DNA from: Eledone cirrhosa
Lineage: Eukaryota
NCBI GenBank assembly: GCA_964016885.1
Contig: OZ024743.1
Span: forward strand, 50,468,001-50,532,000
DNA: 64,000 nt
Direction: 5' to 3'
Shown here piece by piece: positions 1 through 17,600 of the stretch (its first letter is position 1; each line of letters begins with the position of its first letter). The notes beneath the pieces are model-generated. The model saw only the letters and a list, made by a program, of their open reading frames with translations, was not told the origin of the DNA and made no database searches. The position numbers and the translations under genes were made by a program.

Positions 1-3000
1 ACTATTGAAGTATTGAACCATTGAACTATTGAACCATTGAAGTATTGAACCATTGAACTATTGAACCATTGAACCATTGAACTATTGAACCATTGAACCA
101 TTGAACCATTGAACCATTGAACTATTGAACCATTGAACCATTGAACGATTGAAGTATTGAACTATTGAACCATTGAACCATTGAACCATTGAACTATTGA
201 ACGATTGAAGTATTGAACCATTGAACTATTGAAGTATTGAACCATTGAACTATTGAACCATTGAACTATTGAACCATTGAAGTATTGAACCATTGAACCA
301 TTGAACCACTGAACTATTGAAGTAGTGAACCATTGAACTATTGAAGTATTGAACTATTGAACTATTGAACTATTGAACCATTGAAATATTGAACCATTGA
401 ACTATTGAACCATTGAACCATTGAACTATTGAACTATTGAACCATTGAACTATTGAACCTTTGAACCATTGAACTATTGAAATATTGAATGATTGAACCA
501 TTTAAACATTGAACCATTGAACTATTGAACCATTGAACCATTGAACTATTGAACCATTGAACCATTGAACTATTGAACCATTGAACCATTGAACCATTGA
601 ACTATTGAACGATTGAAGTATTGAACCATTGAACTATTGAAGTATTGAACCATTGAACTATTGAACCATTGAACTATTGGACCATTGAAGATTTGAACCA
701 TTGAACCATTGAACCACTGAACTATTGAAGTATTGAACCATTGAACTATTGAAGTATTGAACTATTGAACTATTGAACTATTGAACCATTGAACCATTGA
801 ACCATTGAACTATTGAACCATTGAACTATTGAAGTATTGAACCATTGAACCATTGAACCACTGAAGTATAGAACCATTGAACTATTGAACTATTGAAAGA
901 TTGAACCATTGAACCATTGAACTATTGAAGTATTGAACCATCGAACTATTGAACCATTGAACTATTGAACAATTGAACTATTGAACCATTGAACCATTGA
1001 ACTATTGAAGTATTGAACCATTGAACCATTGAACCACTGAAGTATAGAACCATTGAACTATTGAACTATTGAAAGATTGAACCATTGAACCATTGAACTA
1101 TTGAAGTATTGAACCATTGAACTATTGAACCATTGAACTATTGAACAATTGAACTATTGAACCATTGAACCATTGAACTATTGAAGTATTGAACCATTGA
1201 ACCATTGAAGTATTGAACCATTGAACCATTGAACCACTGAACTATTGAAGTATTGAACCATTGAACTATTGAAGTATTGAACCATTGAACCATTGAACCA
1301 TTGAACTATTGAACCATTGAACTACTGAACTATTGAAACATTGAACCACTGAACTATTGAAGTATTGAACCATTGAACTATTGAAGTATTGAACCATTGA
1401 ACCATTGAACCACTGAAGTATTGAACCATTGAACTATTGATCTATTGAAAGATTGAACCATTGAACCATTGAACTATTGAAGTATTGAACCATTGAACTA
1501 TTGAACCATTGAACTATTGAACCATTGAACTATTGAACCATTGAACCATTGAACTATTGAACCATTGAACTATTGAACTATTGAAGTATTGAACCATTGA
1601 ACTATTGAACAATTGAACTATTGAACCATTGAACTATTGAACTATTGAACCATTGAACTATTGAACCATTGAACCATTGAACTATTGAACCAGTGAACTA
1701 TTGAACCATTGAACCATTGAACGATTGAAGTATTGAACCATTGAACTATTGAACCATTGAACCATTGAACTATTGAACCATTGAACCATTGAACGATTGA
1801 AGTATTGAACCATTGAACCATTGAACTATTGAACCATTGAACTATTGAACCATTGAACCATTGAACTATTGAACCATTGAACCATTGAACTATTGAACCA
1901 TTGAACCATGGAACTATTGAACCATTGAACCATTGAAGGATTGAAGTATTGAACCATTGAACCATTGAACTATTGAACCATTGAACTATTGAACCTTTGA
2001 ACCATTGAACTATTGAACCATTGAACCATTGAACGATTGAAGTATTGAACCATTGAACTATTGAACCATTGAAGTATTGAACCATTGAACTATTGAACCA
2101 TTGAACCATTGAACTATTGAACCATTGAACCATTGAACGATTGAAGTATTGAACTATTGAACCATTGAACCATTGAACCATTGAACTATTGAACGATTGA
2201 AGTATTGAACCATTGAACTATTGAAGTATTGAACCATTGAACTATTGAACCATTGAACTATTGAACCATTGAAGTATTGAACCATTGAACCATTGAACCA
2301 CTGAACTATTGAAGTATTGAACCATTGAACTATTGAAGTATTGAACTATTGAACTATTGAACTATTGAACCATTGAACCATTGAACCATTGAACTATTGA
2401 AACATTGAACCATTGAACTATTGAACTATTGAACCATTGAACTATTGAACCTTTGAACCATTGAACTATTGAAATATTGAACCATTGAACCATTTAAACA
2501 TTGAACCATTGAACTATTGAACCATTGAACCATTGAACTATTGAACCATTGAACCATTGAACTATTGAACCATTGAACCATTGAACTATTGAACCATTGA
2601 ACTATTGAACTATTGAAGTATTGAACCATTGAAGTATTGAACCATTGAACTATTGAACCATTGAACTATTGAACCATTGAACTATTGAACCATTGAACCA
2701 TTGAACTATTGAACCATTGAACTATTGAACCATTGAACCATTGAACTATTGAACCATTGAACCATTAAACCATTGAACTATTGAACCATTGAATCATTAA
2801 ACCATTGAACTATTGAACTATTGAAATATTGAACCATTGAACTATTGAACTATTGAACCATTGAACTATTGAACTATTGAACTATTAAACTATTGAACCA
2901 TTGAACAATTGAACTATTGAACCATTGAACTATTGAACCATTAAACCATTGAACTATTGAACCATTGAACCATTGAACGATTGAAGTATTGAACCATTGA

Positions 3001-4419
3001 ACCATTGAACTATTGAACCATTGAACTATTGAACCATTGAACCATTGAACTATTGAACCATTGAATCACTGAACTATTGAACCATTGAACCATTGAACTA
3101 TTGAACCATTGAAACATTGAACTATTGAACCATTGAACTATTGAACCTTTGAACCATTGAACTATTGAACCATTGAACTATTGAACCATTGAACCATTGA
3201 ACGATTGAAGTATTGAACTATTGAAGTATCTAACCATTGAACCATTGAACCATTGAACCATTGAACTATTGGACCATTGAACTATTGAACCATTGAACCA
3301 TTGAACTATTGAAACATTGAACCATTGAACGATTGAAGTATTGAACCATTGAACCATTGAACTATTGAACCATTGAACCATTGAACTATTGAACCATTGA
3401 ACTATTGAACTATTGAAATATTGAACCATTGAACTATTGAACCATTGAACTATTGAACCATTGAACTATTGAACCATTGAACTATTGAACCATTGAACCA
3501 TTGAACTATTGAACCATTGAACTATTGAACCATTGAACCATTGAACGATTGAAGTATTGAACCATTGAACTATTGAACCATTGAACCATTGAACTATTGA
3601 ACCATTGAACCATTAAACCATTGAACTATTGAACCATTGAATCATTAAACCATTGAACTATTGAACTATTGAAATATTGAACCATTGAACTATTGAACTA
3701 TTGAACCATTGAACTATTGAACTATTGAACTATTGAAGTATTGAACCATTGAGCAATTGAACTATTGAACCATTGAACCATTGAACGATTGAAGTATTGA
3801 ACCATTGAACCATTGAACTATTGAACCATTGAACTATTGAACCATTGAACCATTGAACTATTGAACCATTGAACCATTTAATTATTGAACCATTGAACCA
3901 TTGAACTATTGAACCATTGAACCATTGAACTATTGAACCATTGAACTATTGAACCTTTGAACCATTGAACTATTGAACCATTGAACTATTGAACCATTGA
4001 ACCATTGAACGATTGAAGTATTGAACTATTGAAGTATCTAACCATTGAACCATAGAACCATTGAACTATTGAAGTATTGAACAATTGAACTATTGAACCA
4101 TTGAAGTATTGAACCATTGAACTATTGAACCATTGAACTATTGAACTAATGAACCATTGAACTATTGAACCTTTGAACCATTGAACTATTGAACCATTGA
4201 ACTATCGAACGATTGAGCCATTGAACGATTGAACCATTGAACTATTGAACCATTGAACCATTGAACGATTGAAGTATTGAACCATTGAACTATTGAAGTA
4301 TTGAAACATTGAACCATTGAACCATTGAGCCTTTGAACCATTGAACTATTGAACAATTGAACTATTGAACCATTGAACCATTGAACTATTGAACCATTGA
4401 ACCATTGAACTATTGAACC

Positions 4420-7400
4420 ATTGAACCATTGAACCATTGAACTATTGAACGATTGAAGTATTGAACCATTGAACTATTGAAGTATTGAACCATTGAAATA
4501 TTGAACCATTGAACTATTGAACCATTGAAGTATTGAACCATTGAACCATTGAACTATTGAACCATTGAACTATTGAACCATTGAACCATTGAACGATTGA
4601 AGTATTGAACCATTGAAGTATTGAACCATTGAACCATTGAACTATTGAACAATTGAACCATTGAACTATTGAACCATTGAACCATTGAACTATTGAACCA
4701 TTGAACTATTGAACTATTGAACTATTGAACCATTGAACTATTGAACCATTGAACCATTGAACGATTGAAGTATTGAACCATTGAACCATTGAACTATTGA
4801 ACCATTGAACCATTGAACGATTGAAGTATTGAACCATTGAACCATTGAACTATTGAACCATTGAACTATTGAACCATTGAACCATTGAACTATTAAACCA
4901 TTGAACCATTGAACTATTGAACCATTGAACTATTGACCTATTGAACTATTGAACCATTGAACTATTGAACTATTGAAACATTGAACGATTGAAGTATTGA
5001 ACCATTGAACTATTGAAGTATTGAACTATTGAACCATTGAAGTATTGAACCATTGAACTATTGAACCATTGAACCATTGAACTATTGAACCAATGAACCA
5101 TTGAACTATTGAACCATTGAACCATTGAACCATTGAACTATTGAACTATTGAACCATTGAACTATTGAACTATTGAACCATTGAACCATTGAACGATTAA
5201 AGTATTGAACCATTGAACTATTGAAGTATTGAACTATTGAACCATTGAACTATTGAACCATTGAACCATTGAACTATTGAACCATTGAACTATTGAACCT
5301 TTGAACCATTGAACTATTAAACCATTGAACCATTGAACGATTGAAGTATTGAACCATTGAACTATTGAACCATTGAACTATTGAACCATTGAACCATTGA
5401 ACTATTGAACCATTGAACCATTGAACCATTGAACTATTGAACTATTGAACCATTGAACCACTGAACTATTGAAGTATTGAACCATTGAACCATTGAACCA
5501 CTGAAGTATTGAACCATTTAACTATTGAACTATTGAAAGATTGAACCATTGAACCATTGAACTATTGAAGTATTGAACCATTGAACTATTGAACCATTGA
5601 ACTATTGAACTATTGAAATATTGAACCATTGAACCATTGAACTATTGAACCATTGAACCATTGAACTATTGAACCATTGAACTATTGAACCATTGAACCA
5701 TTGAACTATTGAACCATTGAACTATTGAACCATTGAACCATTGAACCATTGAAGTATTGAACCATTGAACTATTGAACCATTGAACCATTGAACTATTGA
5801 ACTATTGAACAATTAAACCATTGAACTATTGAACCATTGAACCATTGAACCATTGAACCATTGAAGTATTGAACCATTGAACTATTGAACCATTGAACCA
5901 TTGAACTATTGAACTATTGAAATATTGAACCATTGAACTATTGAACTATTGAACCATTGAACTATTGAACTATTGAACCATTGAACCATTGAACTATTGA
6001 ACCATTGAACCATTGAACTATTGAACCATTGAACTATTGAACCTTTGAACCATTGAACTATTGAACCATTGAACTATTGAACCATTGAACCATTGAACTA
6101 TTGAACCATTGAACCATTGAACTATTGAACCATTGAACCATTGAACCATTGAACTATTGAACGATTGAAGTATTGAACCATTGAACTATTGAAGTATTGA
6201 ACCATTGAACTATTGAACCATTGAAGTATTGAACCATTGAACTATTGAACCATTGAACCATTGAACTATTGAACCATTGAACCATTGAACCATTGAACCA
6301 TTGAACTATTGAACCATTGAACCATTGAACGATTGAAGTATTGAACTATTGAACCATTGAACCATTGAACCATTGAACTATTGAACGATTGAAGTATTGA
6401 ACCATTGAACTATTGAAGTATTGAACCATTGAACTATTGAACCATTGAACTATTGAACCATTGAAGTATTGAACCATTGAACCATTGAACCACTGAACTA
6501 TTGAAGTATTGAACCATTGAACTATTGAAGTATTGAACTATTGAACAATTGAACTATTGAACCATTGAACCATTGAACCATTGAACTATTGAACGATTGA
6601 AGTATTGAACCATTGAACTATTGAAGTATTGAACCATTGAAATATTGAACCATTGAACTATTGAACCATTGAAGTATTGAACCATTGAACCATTGAACTA
6701 TTGAACCATTGAACTATTGAACCATTGAACCATTGAACGATTGAAGTATTGAACCATTGAAGTATTGAACCATTGAACCATTGAACTATTGAACAATTGA
6801 ACCATTGAACTATTGAACCATTGAACCATTGAACTATTGAACCATTGAACTATTGAACTATTGAACTATTGAACCATTGAACTATTGAACCATTGAACCA
6901 TTGAACGATTGAAGTATTGAACCATTGAACCATTGAACTATTGAACCATTGAACCATTGAACGATTGAAGTATTGAACCATTGAACCATTGAACTATTGA
7001 ACCATTGAACTATTGAACCATTGAACCATTGAACTATTGAACCATTGAACCATTGAACTATTGAACCATTGAACTATTGACCTATTGAACTATTGAACCA
7101 TTGAACTATTGAACTATTGAAACATTGAACGATTGAAGTATTGAACCATTGAACTATTGAAGTATTGAACTATTGAACCATTGAAGTATTGAACCATTGA
7201 ACTATTGAACCATTGAACCATTGAACTATTGAACCAATGAACCATTGAACTATTGAACCATTGAACCATTGAACCATTGAACTATTGAACCATTGAACTA
7301 TTGAACCATTGAACCATTGAACTATTAAACCATTGAACTATTGAACCTTTGAACCATTGAACTATTAAACCATTGAACCATTGAACGATTGAAGTATTGA

Positions 7401-8660
7401 ACCATTGAACTATTGAAGTATTGAACCATTGAACCATTGAACCATTGAACCATTGAACTATTGAACCATTGAACTATTGAACCATTGAACCATTGAACTA
7501 TTGAACCATTAAACCATTGAACTATTGAACCATTGAACCATTGAACCATTGAACTATTGAACTATTGAACCATTGAACCACTGAACTATTGAAATATTGA
7601 ACCATTGAACCATTGAACAACTGAAGTATTGAACCATTTAACTATTGAACTATTGAAAGATTGAACCATTGAACCATTGAACTATTGAAGTATTGAACCA
7701 TTGAACTATTGAACCATTGAACTATTGAACTATTGAAATATTGAACCATTGAACCATTGAACTATTGAACCATTGAACCATTGAACTATTGAACCATTGA
7801 ACTATTGAACCATTGAACCATTGAACTATTGAACCATTGAACTATTGAACCATTGAACCATTGAACCATTGAAGTATTGAACCATTGAACTATTGAACCA
7901 TTGAACCATTGAACTATTGAACCATTGAACAATTAAACCATTGAACTATTGAACCATTGAACCATTGAACCATTGAACCATTGAAGTATTGAACCATTGA
8001 ACTATTGAACCATTGAACCATTGAACTATTGAACTATTGAAATATTGAACCATTGAACTATTGAACTATTGAACCATTGAACTATTGAACTATTGAACCA
8101 TTGAACCATTGAACTATTGAACCATTGAACCATTGAACTATTGAACCATTGAACTATTGAACCTTTGAACCATTGAACTATTGAACCATTGAACTATTGA
8201 ACCATTGAACCATTGAACTATTGAACCATTGAACCATTGAACTATTGAACCATTGAACCATTGAACCATTGAACTATTGAACGATTGAAGTATTGAACCA
8301 TTGAACTATTGAAGTATTGAACCATTGAACTATTGAACCATTGAAGTATTGAACCATTGAACTATTGAACCATTGAACCATTGAACTATTGAACCATTGA
8401 ACCATTGAACCATTGAACCATTGAACTATTGAACCATTGAACCATTGAACGATTGAAGTATTGAACTATTGAACCATTGAACCATTGAACCATTGAACTA
8501 TTGAACGATTGAAGTATTGAACCATTGAACTATTGAAGTATTGAACCATTGAACTATTGAACCATTGAACTATTGAACCATTGAAGTATTGAACCATTGA
8601 ACCATTGAACCACTGAACTATTGAAGTAGTGAACCATTGAACTATTGAAGTATTGAACTA
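4420..8660. repeat. ~2.1-kb tandem higher-order duplication inside the satellite
   Basis: Rare variants recur at +2144 (gaaata 4495/6639, gacct 4935/7079, caatga 5091/7235) and then +2120 (ccattta 5514/7634, aattaaacca 5811/7931, acctttg 6041/8161). Ends approximate. Confidence 0.85.
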
Positions 8661-11600
8661 TTGAACTATTGAACTATTGAACCATTGAACCATTGAACCA
8701 TTGAACTATTGAACCATTGAACCATTGAACTATTGAACTATTGAACCATTGAACTATTGAACCTTTGAACCATTGAACTATTGAAATATTGAATGATTGA
8801 ACCATTTAAACATTGAACCATTGAACTATTGAACCATTGAACCATTGAACTATTGAACCATTGAACCATTGAACTATTGAACCATTGAACCATTGAACCA
8901 TTGAACTATTGAACGATTGAAGTATTGAACCATTGAACTATTGAAGTATTGAACCATTGAACTATTGAACCATTGAACTATTGGACCATTGAAGATTTGA
9001 ACCATTGAACCATTGAACCACTGAACTATTGAAGTATTGAACCATTGAACTATTGAAGTATTGAACTATTGAACTATTGAACTATTGAACCATTGAACCA
9101 TTGAACCATTGAACTATTGAACCATTGAACTATTGAAGTATTGAACCATTGAACCATTGAACCACTGAAGTATAGAACCATTGAACTATTGAACTATTGA
9201 AAGATTGAACCATTGAACCATTGAACTATTGAAGTATTGAACCATCGAACTATTGAACCATTGAACTATTGAACAATTGAACTATTGAACCATTGAACCA
9301 TTGAACTATTGAAGTATTGAACCATTGAACCATTGAACCACTGAAGTATAGAACCATTGAACTATTGAACTATTGAAAGATTGAACCATTGAACCATTGA
9401 ACTATTGAAGTATTGAACCATTGAACTATTGAACCATTGAACTATTGAACAATTGAACTATTGAACCATTGAACCATTGAACTATTGAAGTATTGAACCA
9501 TTGAACCATTGAAGTATTGAACCATTGAACCATTGAACCACTGAACTATTGAAGTATTGAACCATTGAACTATTGAAGTATTGAACCATTGAACCATTGA
9601 ACCATTGAACTATTGAACCATTGAACTACTGAACTATTGAAACATTGAACCACTGAACTATTGAAGTATTGAACCATTGAACTATTGAAGTATTGAACCA
9701 TTGAACCATTGAACCACTGAAGTATTGAACCATTGAACTATTGATCTATTGAAAGATTGAACCATTGAACCATTGAACTATTGAAGTATTGAACCATTGA
9801 ACTATTGAACCATTGAACTATTGAACCATTGAACTATTGAACCATTGAACCATTGAACTATTGAACCATTGAACTATTGAACTATTGAAGTATTGAACCA
9901 TTGAACTATTGAACAATTGAACTATTGAACCATTGAACTATTGAACTATTGAACCATTGAACTATTGAACCATTGAACCATTGAACTATTGAACCAGTGA
10001 ACTATTGAACCATTGAACCATTGAACGATTGAAGTATTGAACCATTGAACTATTGAACCATTGAACCATTGAACTATTGAACCATTGAACCATTGAACGA
10101 TTGAAGTATTGAACCATTGAACCATTGAACTATTGAACCATTGAACTATTGAACCATTGAACCATTGAACTATTGAACCATTGAACCATTGAACTATTGA
10201 ACCATTGAACCATGGAACTATTGAACCATTGAACCATTGAAGGATTGAAGTATTGAACCATTGAACCATTGAACTATTGAACCATTGAACTATTGAACCT
10301 TTGAACCATTGAACTATTGAACCATTGAACCATTGAACGATTGAAGTATTGAACCATTGAACTATTGAACCATTGAAGTATTGAACCATTGAACTATTGA
10401 ACCATTGAACCATTGAACTATTGAACCATTGAACTATTGAACCTTTGAACCATTGAACTATTGAACCATTCAACTATTGAACGATTGAACCATTGAACGA
10501 TTGAACCATTGAACTATTGAACCATTGAACCATTGAACCATTGAACCATTGAACCATTGAACGATTGAATTATTGAACCATTGAACTATTGATGTATTGA
10601 ACCATTGAACCATTGAACCATTGAACCATTGAACTATTGAACCATTGAACTATTGAACCATTGAACCATTGAACTATTGAACCATTGAACCATTGAACTA
10701 TTGAACCATTGAACCATTGAACCATTGAACTATTGAACGATTGAAGTATTGAACCATTGAACTATTGAAGTATTGAACCATAGAACTATTGAACGATTGA
10801 AGTATTGAACCATCGAACTATTGAAGTACTGAAACATTGAACCATTGAACCATTGAAATATTGAACCATTGAAGTATTGAACCATTGAACCATTGAACCA
10901 CTGACCTATTGAAGTATTGAACCATTGAACTATTGAAGTATTGAACTATTGAACTATTGAACTATTGAACCATTGAACCATTGAACCATTGAACTATTGA
11001 ACATTTGAACTATTGAACTATTGAACCATTGAACCACTGAAGTATTGAAGTATTGAACCATTGAACTATTTAAATATTGAACCATTGAACCATTGAACCA
11101 CTGAAGTATTGAAACATTGAACTATTGAACTATTGAAAGATTGAACCATTGAACCATTGAACTATTGAAGTATTGAACCATTGAACTATTGAAACATTAA
11201 ACTATTGAACTATTGAAATATGGAACCATTGAACCATTGAACTATTGAACCATTGAACAATTGAACCTTTGAACCATTGAACGATTGAAGTATTGAACCA
11301 TTGAAACATTGAACTATTGAACTATTGAACTATTGAAGTATTGAACCATTGAACTATTGAACCATTGAACTATTGAACCATTGAACTATTGAACCATTGA
11401 ACTATTGAACCATTGAACCATTGAACTATTGAACCATTGAACTATTGAACCATTGAACCATTGAACAATTGAAGTATTGAACCATTGAACTATTGAACCA
11501 TTGAACCATTGAACTATTGAACCATTGAATCATTAAACCATTGAACTATTGAACTATTGAAATATTGAACCATTGAACTATTGAACTATTGAACCATTGA

Positions 11601-14600
11601 ACTATTGAACTATTGAACTATTGAACTATTGAACCATTGAACAATTGAACTATTGAACCATTGAACTATTGAACCATTGAACCATTGAACTATTGAACCA
11701 TTGAACCATTGAACGATTGAAGTATTGAACCATTGAACCATTGAACTATTGAACCATTGAACTATTGAACCATTGAACCATTGAACTATTGAACCATTGA
11801 ACCATTGAACTATTGAACCATTGAACCATTGAACTATTGAACCATTGAACCATTGAACTATTGAACCATTGAACTATTGAACATTTGAACCATTGAACTA
11901 TTGAACCATTGAACTATTGAACCATTGAACCATTGAACGATTGAAGTATTGAACTATTGAAGTATCTAACCATTGAACCATTGAACCATTGAACCATTGA
12001 ACTATTGAACCATTGAACTATTGAACCATTGAACCATTGAACTATTGAACCATTGAACCATTGAACTATTGAACCATTGAAACATTGAACCATTGAACTA
12101 TTGAACGATTGAAGTATTGAACCATTGAACTATTGAAGTATTGAACAATTGAACTATTGAACCATTGAAGTATTGAACCATTGAACTATTGAACCATTGA
12201 ACCATTGAACTATTGAACCATTGAACCATGGAACTATTGAACCATTGAACCATTGAAGGATTGAAGTATTGAACCATTGAACCATTGAACTATTGAACCA
12301 TTGAACTATTGAACCTTTGAACCATTGAACTATTGAACCATTGAACCATTGAACGATTGAAGTATTGAACCATTGAACTATTGAACCATTGAAGTATTGA
12401 ACCATTGAACTATTGAACCATTGAACCATTGAACTATTGAACCATTGAACTATTGAATCTTTGAACCATTGAACTATTGAACCATTCAACTATTGAACGA
12501 TTGAACCATTGAACGATTGAACTATTGAACTATTGAACCATTGAACCATTGAACAATTGAAGTATTGAACCATTGAACTATTCATGTATTGAACCATTGA
12601 ACCATTGAACCATTGAACCCTTCAACTATTGAACCATTGAACTATTGAACCATTGAACCATTGAACTATTGAACCATTGAACCATTGAACTATTGAACCA
12701 TTGAACCATTGAACCATTGAACTATTGAACGATTGAAGTATTGAACCATTGAACTATTGAAGTATTGAACCATTGAACTATTGAACGATTGAAGTATTGA
12801 ACCATTGAACTATTGAAGTATTGAACCATTGAACTATTGAACGATTGAAGTATTGAACCATCGAACTATTGAAGTACTGAACCATTGAACCATTGAACCA
12901 TTGAACTATTGAACCATTGAAGTATTGAACCATTGAACCATTGAACCACTGACCTATTGAAGTATTGAACCATTGAACTATTGAAGTATTGAACTATTGA
13001 ACTATTGAACTATTGAACCATTGAACCATTGAACCATTGAACTATTGAACCATTGAACTATTGAACTATTGAACCATTGAACCACTGAACTATTGAAGTA
13101 TTGAACCATTGAACTATTTAAGTATTGAACCATTGAACCATTGAACCACTGAAGTATTGAACCATTGAACTATTGAACTATTGAAAGATTGAACCATTGA
13201 ACCATTGAACTATTGAAGTATTGAACCATTGAACTATTGAAACATTAAACTATTGAACTATTGAAATATTGAACCATTGAACCATTGAACTATTGAACCA
13301 TTGAACTATTGAACCTTTGAACCATTGAACGATTGAAGTATTGAACCATTGAACCATTGAACTATTGAACTATTGAACTATTGAAGTATTGAACGATTGA
13401 ACTATTGAACCATTGAACTATTGAACCATTGAACCATTGAACTATTGAACCATTGAACTATTTTACCATTGAACCATTGAACGATTGAAGTATTGAACCA
13501 TTGAACTATTGAACCATTGAACCATTGAACTATTGTACCATTGAATCATTAAACCATTGAACTATTGAACTATTGAAATATTGAACCATTGAACTATTGA
13601 ACTATTGAACCATTGAACTATTGAACTATTGAACTATTGAACTATTGAACCATTGAAGAATTGAACTATTGAACCATTGAACTATTGAACCATTGAACCA
13701 TTGAACTATTGAACCATTGAACCATTGAACGATTGAAGTATTGAACCATTGAACTATTGAACCATTGAACTATTGAACCATTGAACCATTGAACTATTGA
13801 ACCATTGAACCATTGAACTATTGAACCATTGAACCATTAAACTATTGAACCATTGAACCATTGAACTATTGAACCATTGAACTATTGAACCTTTGAACCA
13901 TTGAACTATTGAACCATTGAACTATTGAACCATTGAAACATTGAACGATTGAAGTATTGAACTATTGAAGTATCTAACCATTGAACCATTGAACCATTGA
14001 ACCATTGAACTATTGAAACCATTGAACTATTAAACCATTGAACGATTGAACTATTGAACCATTGAACCATTGAACTATTGAACCATTGAACCATTGAACC
14101 ATTGAACTATTGAACGATTGAAGTATTGAACCATCGAACTATTGAAGTACTGAACCATTGAACCATTGAACCATTGAAATATTGAACCATTGAAGTATTG
14201 AACCATTGAACCATTGAACCACTGACCTATTGAAGTATTGAACCATTGAACTATTGAAGTATTGAACTATTGAACTATTGAACTATTGAACCATTGAACC
14301 ATTGAACCATTGAACTATTGAACCATTGAACTATTGAACTATTGAACCATTGAACCACTGAAGTATTGAAGTATTGAACCATTGAACTATTTAAGTATTG
14401 AACCATTGAAGTATTGAACCACTGAAGTATTGAACCATTGAACTATTGAACTATTGAAAGATTGAACCATTGAACCATTGAACTATTGAAGTATTGAACC
14501 ATTGAACTATTGAAACATTAAACTATTGAACTATTGAAATATGGAACCATTGAACCATTGAACTATTGAACCATTGAACTATTGAACCTTTGAACCATTG

Positions 14601-17600
14601 AACGATTGAAGTATTGAACCATTGAAACATTGAACTATTGAACTATTGAACTATTGAAGTATTGAACCATTGAACTATTGAACCATTGAACTATTGAACC
14701 ATTGAACTATTGAACCATTGAACTATTGAACCATTGAACCATTGAACATTTGAAGTATTGAACCATTGAACTATTGAACCATTGAACCATTGAACTATTG
14801 AACCATTGAATCATTAAACCATTGAACTATTGAACTATTGAAATATTGAACCATTGAACTATTGAACTATTGAACCATTGAACTATTGAACTATTGAACT
14901 ATTGAACTATTGAACCATTGAACAATTGAACTATTGAACCATTGAACTATTGAACCATTGAACCATTGAACTATTGAACCATTGAACCATTGAACGATTG
15001 AAGTATTGAACCATTGAACCATTGAACTATTGAACCATTGAACTATTGAACCATTGAACCATTGAACTATTGAACCATTGAACCATTGAACTATTGAACC
15101 ATTGAACCATTGAACTATTGAACCATTGAACCATTGAACATTTGAACCATTGAACTATTGAACCATTGAACTATTGAACCATTGAACCATTGAACGATTG
15201 AAGTATTGAACTATTGAAGTATCTAACCATTGAACCATTGAACCATTGAACCATTGAACTATTGAACCATTGAACTATTGAACCATTGAACCATTGAACT
15301 ATTGAACCATTGAACCATTGAACTATTGAACCATTGAACCATTGAACTATTGAACTATTGAACGATTGAAGTATTGAACCATTGAACTATTGAAGTATTG
15401 AACAATTGAACTATTGAACCATTGAAGTATTGAACCATTGAACTATTGAACCATTGAACCATTGAACTATTGAACCATTGAACCATGGAACTATTGAACC
15501 ATTGAACCATTGAAGGATTGAAGTATTGAACCATTAAACCATTGAACTATTGAACCATTGAACTATTGAACCTTTGAACCATTGAACTATTGAACCATTG
15601 AACCATTGAACGATTGAAGTATTGAACCATTGAACTATTGAACCATTGAAGTATTGAACCATTGAACTATTGAACCATTGAACCATTGAACTATTGAACC
15701 ATTGAACTATTGAACCTTTGAACCATTGAACTATTGAACCATTCAACTATTGAACGATTGAACCATTGAACGATTGAACTATTGAACTATTGAACCATTG
15801 AACCATTGAACTATTGAACCATTGAACTATTGAACGATTGAAGTATTGAACCATTGAACTATTGAAGTATTGAACCATTGAACTATTGAACGATTGAAGT
15901 ATGGAACCATCGAACTATTGAAGTACTGAACCATTGAACCATTGAACCATTGAACTATTGAACCATTGAAGTATTGAACCATTGAACCATTGAACCACTG
16001 ACCTATTGAAGTATTGAACCATTGAACCATTGAACTATTGAACCATTGAACCATTGAACTATTGAACCATTGAACTATTGAACCTTTGAACCATTGAACC
16101 ATTGAACCATTGAACTATTGAACCATTGAACCATTGAACCATTGAACTATTGAACGATTGAAGTATTGAACCATTGAACTATTGAAGTATTGAACCATTG
16201 AACTATTGAACGATTGAAGTATTGAACCATTGAACTATTGAAGTATTGAACCATTGAACTATTGAACGATTGAAGTATGGAACCATCGAACTATTGAAGT
16301 ACTGAACCATTGAACCATTGAACCATTGAACTATTGAACCATTGAAGTATTGAACAATTGAAGTATTGAACCATTGAACTATTGATGTATTGAACCATTG
16401 AACCATTGAACCAGTGAACCATTGAACTATTGAACCATTGAACTATTGAACCATTGAACCATTGAAATATTGAACCATTGAACCATTGAACTATTGAACC
16501 ATTGAACCATTGAACCATTGAACTATTGAACCATTGAAGTATTGAACCATTGAACTATTGAAGTATTGAACCATTGAACTATTGAACGATTGAAGTATTG
16601 AACCATTGAACTATTGAAGTATTGAACCATTGAACTATTGAACGATTGAAGTATGGAACCATCGAACTATTGAAGTACTGAACCATTGAACCATTGAACC
16701 ATTGAACTATTGAACCATTGAAGTATTGAACCATTGAACCATTGAACCACTGACCTATTGAAGTATTGAACCATTGAACTATTGAAGTATTGAACTATTG
16801 AACTATTGAACTATTGAACCATTGAACCATTGAACCATTGAACTATTGAACCATTGAACTATTGAACTATTGAACCATTGAACCACTGAACTATTGAAGT
16901 ATTGAACCGTTGAACTATTTAAGTATTGAACCATTGAACCATTGAACCACTGAAGTATTGAACCATTGAACTATTGAACTATTGAAAGATTGAACCATTG
17001 AACCATTGAACTATTGAAGTATTGAACCATTGAACTATTGAAACATTAAACTATTGAACTATTGAAATATTGAACCATTGAACCATTGAACTATTGAACC
17101 ATTCAACTATTGAACCTTTGAACCATTGAACGATTGAAGTATTGAACCATTGAACCATTGAACTATTGAACTATTGAACTATTGAAGTATTGAACCATTG
17201 AACTATTGAACCATTGAACTATTGAACCATTGAACCATTGAACTATTGAACCATTGAACTATTGTACCATTGAACCATTGAACGATTGAAGTATTGAACC
17301 ATTGAACTATTGAACCATTGAACCATTGAACTATTGTACCATTGAATCATTAAACCATTGAACTATTGAACTATTGAAATATTGAACCATTGAACTATTG
17401 AACTATTGAACCATTGAACTATTAAACTATTGAACTATTGAACTATTGAACCATTGAAGAATTGAACTATTGAACCATTGAACTATTGAACCATTGAACC
17501 ATTGAACTATTGAACCATTGAACCATTGAACGATTGAAGTATTGAACCATTGAACCATTGAACTATTGAACCATTGAACTATTGAACCATTGAACCATTG